NCBI GenBank assembly: GCA_016180435.1
Contig: JACPBG010000001.1
Location: 8,358-72,357, forward strand
DNA: 64,000 bases
DNA from: Candidatus Sungiibacteriota bacterium
Lineage (GTDB): Bacteria > Patescibacteriota > Minisyncoccia > Sungbacterales > HO2-52-23
Direction of reading: 5' to 3'
The position numbers were made by a program, and so were the translations under genes. Under the pieces are notes generated by a model. That model made no database searches. It worked only from the letters and a program-made list of their open reading frames with translations, and was not told the DNA's origin. Positions 56,420 to 64,000 of this stretch are shown one piece after another (the first letter of the stretch is position 1; each line of letters starts with the position of its first letter).

Positions 56420-56783
56420 AATAATAAAAGCAGTTATTTAGTGTTTTTCAGTTAGTTTATACCCCATACCGTATGGCACGGGAGCTATTACGCCCGTGCG
56501 CCATTTGGCACAGGGCCTACTCTCTGAAAAACAGTTTTAGTTTATAATGATTTTCTACCCACACTGAACATAATTCAGATCTTAATTAGTGTGGGGGTTT
56601 CCCGGCATCGACCTTTCCCTCCTAAAAACCCAGGCGTAATCCCTCTATATTATTAAAAGGATTACGCCTGCGTTCCAAGTCATATCTATTAAGATTGGGT
56701 ACATCTTATCATACAACAGTAATGAAGTCAAGCATGCGCTCGCTTATGCGGTATTCGGGCATTGTAATTTCAGACACGATTCG

Positions 56784-57413
56784 TTAAAGAGTGGTATGAT
56801 CTGTCGGACTTTTAACTTCGGAAGATGATTTTCCCATCACCAGCTCCAGTAACTGGTTTTTTTGGGTTATAACTCCGCCGAGCACCAGTATAGCCGCCAG
56901 GAATATTACTACATAGTATATGCTGTTTTGATATAACAATCCACCAAAATAATAAAACAAGAAAAGTCCGGGTGCGGAACCGATCAAGGATGATAAGAAA
57001 AATTTCCAGGAACTCATGCGGGTAAGTCCCGCGGCGTAACTTATGTAATCAAACAAGGAATTGGTGCAAAGGCGCAGCACCACCATGCCCCAGAATTTTT
57101 TCTTTTCGGAAAGCGTTGATTCCCATTGTTCAATTTTTTCCAAAGATGCGATCCGGCGCACTACCGGTTCGCGGAAATAGCGCGCGATCCAAAATGCCAG
57201 CATAGCGCCCAGCATTATGCCCGCCTCCCCATATATAAATCCCCAAACCCAGCCGAATGCCAAAAGTCCGGCAATATCAAAAATCGCACCCGGGATCGGC
57301 GGAATAATAATGGATAGGGGACGGAGCAGAATAAAGATCAGCGGCGCCAAAACCGGGTTATTATTCAGCATGGAGACAAGCATTTCCTGCATGCTATATA
57401 ATGGTATCATCAT
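56784..57413 (-). CDS. DedA/TVP38 (VTT-domain) family membrane protein
   Basis: Conserved glycine motif region ...FDYISYAAGLTRMSSWKFFLSSLIGSAPG... Confidence 0.65.
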   Translation of the reverse strand: MMIPLYSMQEMLVSMLNNNPVLAPLIFILLRPLSIIIPPIPGAIFDIAGLLAFGWVWGFIYGEAGIMLGAMLAFWIARYFREPVVRRIASLEKIEQWESTLSEKKKFWGMVVLRLCTNSLFDYISYAAGLTRMSSWKFFLSSLIGSAPGLFLFYYFGGLLYQNSIYYVVIFLAAILVLGGVITQKNQLLELVMGKSSSEVKSPTDHTTL

Positions 57414-57488
57414 CCATCCGCTTGTAAAACTGCCCGGATCGTAATAAACTTAAAAATAATCTGAAGTTCTTTGTCATACGGGGGTTAA

Positions 57489-58346
57489 ATGGCTCCGGCC
57501 GAGTCAGAGATTATTCGCTGGCGCGTATTTTTAATTGTGGCTCGGGCCTGGTTGGCGTTGATCATTGCCTTAGCGCTTTTAACATTATTGTTGGTTAATA
57601 TTGTTTCCGTAACTAAATTATCCTCGGCCTATGCGTGGCTTGCCGGATGTATAATTTTCTTGCATCACGCGAAATGCATTATAGCTGAACGAATTGGTTT
57701 GTCTCGATACTCCCGGAATATTCCCGAAAAAATAATGGCCGAATTCAGATACGTAAAAGAGAAAAGCGGAATTTCATATTCAATACCAATTTATATGAAG
57801 CCGGATAGTGTCGCACGAGCAGCGATTTATGGATTCGGGATCCCATATATATCGGCAGTGACGGTTTCTACCGGTATTTGCAATATTACGCCGCATGAAT
57901 GGCGGGGGGTTTTTGCGCATGAATTTGCGCACATAAAAATCATGAACTCGTACGGAATATTATCATTAACGCTGCTCATTAAACTTCTTTCTATTTATTG
58001 CGGAATTTTTTGGGTTACTGAAATTCTGGAATTTTATGATGACTATGCTTTAGCCACAGTGTGTGCCATAATTTTTCTTTATTATATAAACCCGCTGCTT
58101 TTAGCGGTTCTCAATTATGGTATTAGTTTTCCCATAAATCGCCGATTTGAATATGCGGCCGACGCCTTTGGCGCATACATTCTGGGATCAGCCGATCACG
58201 TCATTGATGTCTTAAAGATTTTTAAAAAGATCAATCATGGCGGCGGTGCGGAAAACTCACCCGGATTTATACCCGCAGAAATTACGCACCCGTCTTTGGA
58301 TAAGCGCATATCTGCGCTGGAGAAACTAAAAACTAAGCCGTCTTGA
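57489..58346 (+). CDS. Membrane-embedded HExxH zinc metalloprotease (M48/M56-like)
   Basis: FAHEFAHIK within a polytopic membrane protein. Confidence 0.5.
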   Translation: MAPAESEIIRWRVFLIVARAWLALIIALALLTLLLVNIVSVTKLSSAYAWLAGCIIFLHHAKCIIAERIGLSRYSRNIPEKIMAEFRYVKEKSGISYSIPIYMKPDSVARAAIYGFGIPYISAVTVSTGICNITPHEWRGVFAHEFAHIKIMNSYGILSLTLLIKLLSIYCGIFWVTEILEFYDDYALATVCAIIFLYYINPLLLAVLNYGISFPINRRFEYAADAFGAYILGSADHVIDVLKIFKKINHGGGAENSPGFIPAEITHPSLDKRISALEKLKTKPS

Positions 58347-58431
58347 ATTAAGACGGCCTTTAAATTAATGAAACTCCGACCTGCAAGCAGGTCGGTATCA
58401 AAGGAAACTTCTCGATTCGCTTTGCTCTCTC

Positions 58432-58512
58432 GAAGAGTATTGTTCGAGCGAAGTCGAGAATTTTCCTGAGGTAACCGCGCTCGAGAGCCAGCGCGGAATT
58501 ATCAAGTTAAAC
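58432..58512. repeat. Family C 80-nt element, copy C2, upstream of atpB
   Basis: AGAGTATTGTTCGAGCGAAGTCGAGAATTTTCCTGAGGTAACCGCGCTCGAGAGCCAGCGCGGAATTATCAAGTTAAAC. Confidence 0.8.
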
Positions 58513-58565
58513 CGAGAACAAATCCTGCATTTGATTCGTCGGATGAATATGATATGCTTTAACTT

Positions 58566-59327
58566 ATGCTTCATATATCTATTGCTGCGGAAAAATTGTT
58601 TGAAATTTTCGGGCTGGCCATTACCAACACTCTTTTGATGAGCTGGATTACGGCTTTACTTCTTATCGCCGGTGCGGTTTTTTTATATCGGCGTATGGCC
58701 CAAATTCCGGCGGCGTTCCAAAATATTTTTGAGTCGGCGGTTGAGTGGATTCTTGGCATGATGGAGGGAATTTTCGGATCGCGCCAAACCGCCGAGAAAT
58801 ATTTCCCGATTATTGCAACAATTTTTATTTTTATTTTGGTTTCAAACTGGCTGGGTATTTTGCCCGGGATCGGTTCAGTGGGATTTTCCGAGCCGGTTTT
58901 AAATATACATGAAGAAACCGGGCACGGCGCAGCCAGATTTATTCCTTTATTCCGTTCCTCGGCCAGCGATTTGAATTTCACGCTCGCTTTGGCGATTTTG
59001 GCCATAGTTATCGTAAATATAATGGGCATACGCTCCTCGGGTCTAGGTAGGCATTTGTCACGCTTTTTTACCCTAAAAAGTCCTGTGGATTTCTTCGTTG
59101 GGATACTTGAATTTATCGCCGAATTTGCTAAAATTGTATCATTCTCGTTCCGGCTTTTCGGGAACGTATTTGCCGGGGAAGTATTGCTTGCGATCACTGC
59201 GTTTCTGGTCCCATATTTTATTCCTGTTCCGTTTCTGATGCTGGAGGTGTTTGTGGGATTCATACAGGCGCTGGTATTTTCAATGCTGACCATGGTGTTT
59301 ATAAGTTTAGCAGTTAGTCATCATTAA
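58566..59327 (+). CDS. atpB: F0F1 ATP synthase subunit a
   Basis: FRLFGNVFAGEVLL; five TM helices. Confidence 0.85.
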   Translation: MLHISIAAEKLFEIFGLAITNTLLMSWITALLLIAGAVFLYRRMAQIPAAFQNIFESAVEWILGMMEGIFGSRQTAEKYFPIIATIFIFILVSNWLGILPGIGSVGFSEPVLNIHEETGHGAARFIPLFRSSASDLNFTLALAILAIVIVNIMGIRSSGLGRHLSRFFTLKSPVDFFVGILEFIAEFAKIVSFSFRLFGNVFAGEVLLAITAFLVPYFIPVPFLMLEVFVGFIQALVFSMLTMVFISLAVSHH

Positions 59328-59425
59328 TATTATTTGTACACGAATCCACCAATGAGCACACAAATCCACTAATGATTAAAAAGTATTCATGATTCGTGGA
59401 TTAGTGTATCAATTCGTGGATTAGT

Positions 59426-59665
59426 GTGTTTATTTTTATGGATGCAGAATCAATTCGTCTGCTTGCAACCGCCGGAGCGATCGCGGTTGGAGCAACCGCC
59501 CCGGCCATAGCCATCGGCTATATGGCCGCCAAGGGATTGGAAGCCATCGGTCGAAATCCGGAGGCCGCTCCCAAGATCCAGACCGCCATGATTCTTTCAA
59601 TTGCGTTCGCGGAAGCCATCGCGATTTACGCGCTGGTAGTGGCGCTGATTATTAAATTCGTATAA
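59426..59665 (+). CDS. atpE: F0F1 ATP synthase subunit c
   Basis: GRNPEA...[16 protein letters not shown] hairpin proteolipid. Confidence 0.85.
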   Translation: MFIFMDAESIRLLATAGAIAVGATAPAIAIGYMAAKGLEAIGRNPEAAPKIQTAMILSIAFAEAIAIYALVVALIIKFV

Positions 59666-59717
59666 ATGTGATGCCAATCCGATGCGAATTTAATGCCAAT
59701 TTAGCGAATTGCCAATA

Positions 59718-59777
59718 ATTATTCTTCGAGTGTAATCGAGAAGTACCTTAAGGTATTATTCTCGACAAGCTCGAATG
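59718..59777. repeat. Family D palindromic element upstream of atpF (about 56-bp near-palindrome centred on CTTAAG)
   Basis: TTCTTCGAGTGTAATCGAGAAGTACCTTAAGGTATTATTCTCGACAAGCTCGAATG. Confidence 0.7.
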
Positions 59778-59800
59778 ATAACTGATTCGCAATTTGTAGA

Positions 59801-60322
59801 TTGGCATCATTGCTGATGAGCGAGCTTATTCATAATTTCGGGATTGACTGGAAATTGCTTCTGGCCCAAGCAGTAAATTTTTTAATCTTACTTTTTATTT
59901 TAAAACGCTTTGCCTATGAGCCGATTTTGAAAATGCTGCGTTCCCGTAAAGAGGGAATAGAAAAAGGATATGAATTTATGCGCGAAGCGGACGAACGGCT
60001 TCGCGGCGTGGACAAATTTCGCGAGGACAAGATGAAGGAGGCGAATCAGGAGGCGCTGTTGATAGTAAAGCGCGGGGAGGAGTCGGGAAAAGAACGGCAG
60101 GCAGAAATTATCGTGTCAGCCAATAAAAAGGCCGAATCGGTTATGCTTGAAGCCAAGCGAATTATAGGCGAGGAACGCGCCAAACTGGAAGAAAGCGTAT
60201 CGCGTGATGCGGAGGTCCTGGTGCGATCCGGGCTTGAAAAGGTGCTTGGCAAAGTCCCCGCGGAAGTGAGAGATAAAGAGTTGATTCATGAAGCAATGAG
60301 GGAATTAAAGGTAGTACGTTAA
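59801..60322 (+). CDS. atpF: F0F1 ATP synthase subunit b
   Basis: N-terminal TM helix plus a long charged helix; position in the operon. Confidence 0.75.
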   Translation: MASLLMSELIHNFGIDWKLLLAQAVNFLILLFILKRFAYEPILKMLRSRKEGIEKGYEFMREADERLRGVDKFREDKMKEANQEALLIVKRGEESGKERQAEIIVSANKKAESVMLEAKRIIGEERAKLEESVSRDAEVLVRSGLEKVLGKVPAEVRDKELIHEAMRELKVVR

Positions 60323-60392
60323 ATCAACGAATAACGAATCCGAAACGAATATACGAATTCGTTTATTCGTAAAAGATTCGCTATTCGATGAT
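60323..60392. repeat. Family E palindromic element (ACGAATA-rich), copy E3, between atpF and atpH
   Basis: AAATCAACGAATAACGAATCCGAAACGAATATACGAATTCGTTTATTCGTAAAAGATTCGCTATTCGATGAT. Confidence 0.65.
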
Positions 60393-60394
60393 GG

Positions 60395-60775
60395 ATGAAG
60401 TACTCATCAAAACAATACGCTTCCGTTATTCTTTCCGCATTTGACGGAAAATCGGAAAAAGAGCGGAAAGAAATTTTGAAGAGATTTGTGGATGTTCTTG
60501 CCAAGAACCGCGATATGGCGCGGCTGGGAGCAATTTTGCGTGAAATTGAGCGCGAGTTTTTAAAAAAATCCGGCAGGAAAAAGATATGGGTTGAATCCGT
60601 ATCTCCCGTATCGGATGATTTGCGCCAAGAAATTGAAAAGACAGTTGCAGGAAAAACCTATTTATATGAGAAAATAAACCCATCGCTTCTGGCCGGTCTC
60701 AGGATTTTGATTAACGACGAGCTTTTGATTGACGCCAGCGCCAAGCGGCAAATTGATAAATTATTTTTGAAATAA
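60395..60775 (+). CDS. atpH: F0F1 ATP synthase subunit delta (OSCP), short form
   Basis: ASVILSAF...LLAGLRILINDELLIDASAKRQIDKL; position in the operon. Confidence 0.7.
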   Translation: MKYSSKQYASVILSAFDGKSEKERKEILKRFVDVLAKNRDMARLGAILREIEREFLKKSGRKKIWVESVSPVSDDLRQEIEKTVAGKTYLYEKINPSLLAGLRILINDELLIDASAKRQIDKLFLK

Positions 60776-60931
60776 TTTTTTAGGGTTTATCCCCGCACCA
60801 AATATTTGGTGCGGGGATAAATTACGGAGTATTCTATCATCTTATGCTTACCAGCGACCGCTGGTAAGCATAAGATGATAAGTTGTAGTAAGATGATAAG
60901 TTGTAGAATGTTGGATAAAAAATGAGCAGAG

Positions 60932-61522
60932 TCACTCTGCTCTAAAAAAAATTAGCATCAGCGTAAGGGTAATGGTGGTCATGATAACGGCGCGTAGCGC
61001 ATATAGAAACGGAAGCAGTTTTCTATCCATAATGGCCGCTATTGCGCCAGTTAAGTTCGCGGCCTGAATAAGGCCCCAGACAAGAAAGGACTCGGTATTC
61101 CCGGAAGTAATAATTTTTTCCATCATCGGGAAATAGCCGATTATGAGCAGTGTTTGAACGGCAAAAAATGCAGCCGTGTGGTTTCTTTTCCAGACCCATA
61201 TGCTCAAAATTAGAAAAATTGCGATTGCACAATATGTTTCAAATGTGCTTAACGGCAAAATTTTCCAGCCGTTAACCGCAATGATAACCACCATTATCAG
61301 TCCGACATACAAAACATCACACACATTGCAAGGATTATTGCGCCAGTTGCTATTTTCATGCAGAAGATAGCTTGCCAAACTGATTGAAATAGCCAGAAAA
61401 AAGATAAACCATGTCATGAATGCGGGTTCAACTTGTCCGGTGCGGATTAAATGTATGTAGAATATCATGGCAAGTGTTTGAAAAAAAATAATCATCCCTG
61501 GCGCAATTTTTTTCACGAACAC
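60932..61522 (-). CDS. Hypothetical integral membrane protein (about 6 TM helices)
   Basis: Hydrophobic helices only. Confidence 0.35.
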   Translation of the reverse strand: MFVKKIAPGMIIFFQTLAMIFYIHLIRTGQVEPAFMTWFIFFLAISISLASYLLHENSNWRNNPCNVCDVLYVGLIMVVIIAVNGWKILPLSTFETYCAIAIFLILSIWVWKRNHTAAFFAVQTLLIIGYFPMMEKIITSGNTESFLVWGLIQAANLTGAIAAIMDRKLLPFLYALRAVIMTTITLTLMLIFFRAE

Positions 61523-61639
61523 CGCTTTCCGCTAAAACGAGCTCCTTATAGCATATCAAATTTATACAAATAGTCAATAGTTGGTTGATCTAATACGCCT
61601 TTCCTTGTAAGAAGGTTTTTTTTAAATTATCATTGAAGT

Positions 61640-63862
61640 ATGGCGCATAAAAATAAACGGAAAAATGGGCGAGAAGCTGATAATCGTAAGCAGGAAGCCG
61701 GAAGCAGGAAGCAAGACGCTACACCAGCTTGGCATGCGGATTTGCATCCCGAAACCAAAAAAAGTATTGCGGCTGTTTTTTGTTTTGTCGCGGCAGTCAT
61801 ACTGGCCTTGAGTTATGCGGGGAAAGGCGGAAGCGTAGGGGGGGCACTTTATCGCTTCATGCATTTTCTTATCGGGTCCGGTTATTTTTTTGCTCCGCTT
61901 ACGCTGTTATTGATCGGATTTTCGCTGATTTGGACACGGCGCGAGAAAGTCCTCGGCGCAACCATGGCCGGCGGCGCGGTATTTTTCATATCCATTCTTT
62001 CAATTTTTGAGATTTTATTCGGGGAGCGCGCCGGCGGGTTTATAGGCAGGGCTGCGGGAGGCACGCTTTTTCGTCTGTTTGATTTTTGGGGCGGACTTGT
62101 GATCAGTATAGGAATTTTAGCCGTTTCATTCCTGCTCATTTTCAATATACCGATTTGGCGCGATAAAAAAGAAACGGCGGATGAGGAAGAAGCGGAAAGC
62201 CAAGCCGCGCCATCCGATGCCGAAGGACTTATCGCCACCCTAAAGGAGGCCTTAAAAGAAATAAAAGGGGGTGGAGAAAATACCGAGGTGCGCCAGGCCA
62301 TTCCGGATGCTCCGCAAAAAACCACTATAACCGAGGTGCGGCGCGATTTTGCGGCACAATCCGCTTTGCCGCTTGCCGATTCATATAAAGGCGAATCGCT
62401 GATCCCTCTTCGAAAAATCGCCAAAAAATTTGATTATAAAAAGCCGCCTTTGGAACTTTTGCAGGGGGATCGCGGAACTCCTTCATCCGGAGATATTAAG
62501 GCCAACGCAAATATTATCAAACGCACTCTTGAGAATTTTGGAATAGATGTGGAAATGGGCGAGGTTTCGGTGGGACCCACAGTTACGCAATACACGCTTC
62601 GTCCGGCCGAGGGGGTTAAGCTTGCCAGGATCATAGCGCTTCATAATGATTTATCGCTTGCGCTTGCCGCGCATCCGATCAGAATTGAGGCGCCGATTCC
62701 GGGGCGTTCGCTCGTGGGCATTGAGGTTCCGAACCGATCCATTTCTTTGGTCGGACTCAAAGCGCTTGTTGAGCATAAAATTTTTCAGGAATCAACCCAG
62801 CCGCTTTTATTATCTATCGGACGCGATGTTTCCGGAGGCCCTATTTTTGCGGATCTTTCCAAAATGCCGCATCTTTTGATAGCCGGCGCCACCGGAGCGG
62901 GCAAATCAGTATGCATTCATACGATTCTTGCCTCATTTATATATCGCAATCCGCCCGAGATTCTGCGCTTTATTCTGGTTGATCCCAAACGCGTGGAGCT
63001 TTCAATATATAACGATATACCGCACCTTTTGACTCCGGTTATTACCGATCCTAAAAAAACCATACAGGCGCTTCGCTGGGCAACCAAGGAAATGGACAGG
63101 AGGTATGATCTTTTGTCACAAAGCCATACCCGCGATATCGCAAGTTATAATGCCGCAATTGCTAAATTGCCGGATGAAGAGCTATTGCCGTATCTTGTAA
63201 TTATTATTGACGAACTTGCGGATTTAATGGCCACATTTCCGCGCGAAGTGGAGTCATCAATTATCCGTTTGGCGCAAATGGCGCGGGCAGTCGGCATTCA
63301 TTTAATCGTATCCACTCAGCGGCCCTCGGTGGAAGTTATTACCGGACTTATCAAGGCAAATATTACTTCGCGTATCGCGTTTCAGGTTGCTTCGCAAGTT
63401 GATTCGCGCACCATTTTGGATATGTCCGGAGCGGAAAAACTTTTAGGAAACGGGGATATGCTGTTTTTGGCCGGTGATACCGCAAAACCGCGCCGTATCC
63501 AAGGCGCATTTGTGTCGGAGCAGGAAGTAAAAAAGGTGGTGGGATTCTTGAGGGAAGAGATGGAGGCGCCGGAATATGACGAGAAAATTTTAGAAACAAA
63601 AATGGAGGAATCAGACAGCGCGGAAGATGATTTTGGCGATGATGATCCGCTCTATGATGAAGCCCGAGAATTAGTAATGGAGGCGGGCAAGGCCTCGGCC
63701 TCATATCTTCAGAGGCGTCTCCGGGTGGGATATGCCCGTGCGGCGCGGCTTCTGGATATAATGGAGTCGCGTGGAGTGGTGGGGCCGGGAGATGGCGCAA
63801 AGCCAAGGGAAGTTTTTGGTAAATCCGCAGGTGTTGATGAGAATGAGGTGATGGAAGTATAA
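61640..63862 (+). CDS. ftsK: DNA translocase FtsK (N-terminal TM helices, motor domain, C-terminal gamma/winged-helix domain)
   Basis: Walker A LLIAGATGAGKSV; RFILVDPKRVEL; IIIDELADLM; gamma-domain ASASYLQRRLRVGYARAARLLDIME. Confidence 0.9.
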   Translation: MAHKNKRKNGREADNRKQEAGSRKQDATPAWHADLHPETKKSIAAVFCFVAAVILALSYAGKGGSVGGALYRFMHFLIGSGYFFAPLTLLLIGFSLIWTRREKVLGATMAGGAVFFISILSIFEILFGERAGGFIGRAAGGTLFRLFDFWGGLVISIGILAVSFLLIFNIPIWRDKKETADEEEAESQAAPSDAEGLIATLKEALKEIKGGGENTEVRQAIPDAPQKTTITEVRRDFAAQSALPLADSYKGESLIPLRKIAKKFDYKKPPLELLQGDRGTPSSGDIKANANIIKRTLENFGIDVEMGEVSVGPTVTQYTLRPAEGVKLARIIALHNDLSLALAAHPIRIEAPIPGRSLVGIEVPNRSISLVGLKALVEHKIFQESTQPLLLSIGRDVSGGPIFADLSKMPHLLIAGATGAGKSVCIHTILASFIYRNPPEILRFILVDPKRVELSIYNDIPHLLTPVITDPKKTIQALRWATKEMDRRYDLLSQSHTRDIASYNAAIAKLPDEELLPYLVIIIDELADLMATFPREVESSIIRLAQMARAVGIHLIVSTQRPSVEVITGLIKANITSRIAFQVASQVDSRTILDMSGAEKLLGNGDMLFLAGDTAKPRRIQGAFVSEQEVKKVVGFLREEMEAPEYDEKILETKMEESDSAEDDFGDDDPLYDEARELVMEAGKASASYLQRRLRVGYARAARLLDIMESRGVVGPGDGAKPREVFGKSAGVDENEVMEV

Positions 63863-63914
63863 AATTAAATTTGAATATCTGAATAAAAAATAATTTCCAA
63901 ACAAGCTTCGTATC

Positions 63915-64000
63915 ATGCCCCCTATTTTTATTAATTCAGAGTCATTGGGTTCTCGCCTTATCGCCTTGCGCGAGAAAGAAAAGCTGACACAAGATCAGGT
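63915..64000 (+). CDS. Possible HTH (XRE-like) protein, 5' fragment truncated by the window end
   Basis: MPPIFINSESLGSRLIALREKEKLTQDQ resembles an XRE helix-turn-helix N-terminus. Confidence 0.3.
   Translation, partial: MPPIFINSESLGSRLIALREKEKLTQDQ

Overview
Description and hunt for this 64-kb window, worked from the sequence and the supplied ORF track only; no searches were run. The window looks like a small, streamlined bacterial chromosome segment of Candidate Phyla Radiation / Patescibacteria type, using the standard genetic code (TGA terminates several genes). Supporting traits: compact ribosomal proteins and translation factors, many secreted giant proteins with (PT)n linkers, pilin-like and TasA-like surface proteins, few biosynthetic genes, and an unusual density of structured intergenic repeats. 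Gene content, in order: (1) Two overlapping giant ORFs (44-2869 and 2767-7596) that together look like one frameshifted cell-surface protein of more than 2,500 aa. Its domains are right-handed beta-helix (pectate-lyase-like), CBM9-like, Kelch-like, four SH3b-like modules and a LamG module, joined by (PT)n linkers. (2) Housekeeping and metabolic genes: PfkB sugar kinase, class II fructose-bisphosphate aldolase (fba), a D-2-hydroxyacid dehydrogenase, rplY, prfA, rpmE, rpsB, tsf, class Ia ribonucleotide reductase (nrdA, nrdB), upp, ndk, thiI, tgt, a 3-hexulose-6-phosphate-synthase-like gene, the F-type ATP synthase genes atpB-atpE-atpF-atpH, and ftsK. (3) A MacA/MacB/FtsX-type efflux operon. (4) Two toxin-antitoxin pairs. 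A HicB/HicA pair is inserted between rpsB and tsf. A Phd-YefM/RelE pair lies between tRNA genes. (5) An unusual tRNA locus in which a complete tRNA-Thr(UGU) is nested, flanked by a perfect 13-bp inverted repeat, inside the anticodon loop of a tRNA-Lys(CUU) gene; a tRNA-Tyr(GUA) follows. (6) A SipW-type signal peptidase with three cognate TasA/camelysin-class secreted proteins, one carrying a lamin-tail domain, plus further surface and CAP-domain proteins. (7) At least five families of short structured repeat elements that occupy most intergenic spacers. No rRNA genes, CRISPR arrays or transposases were found.
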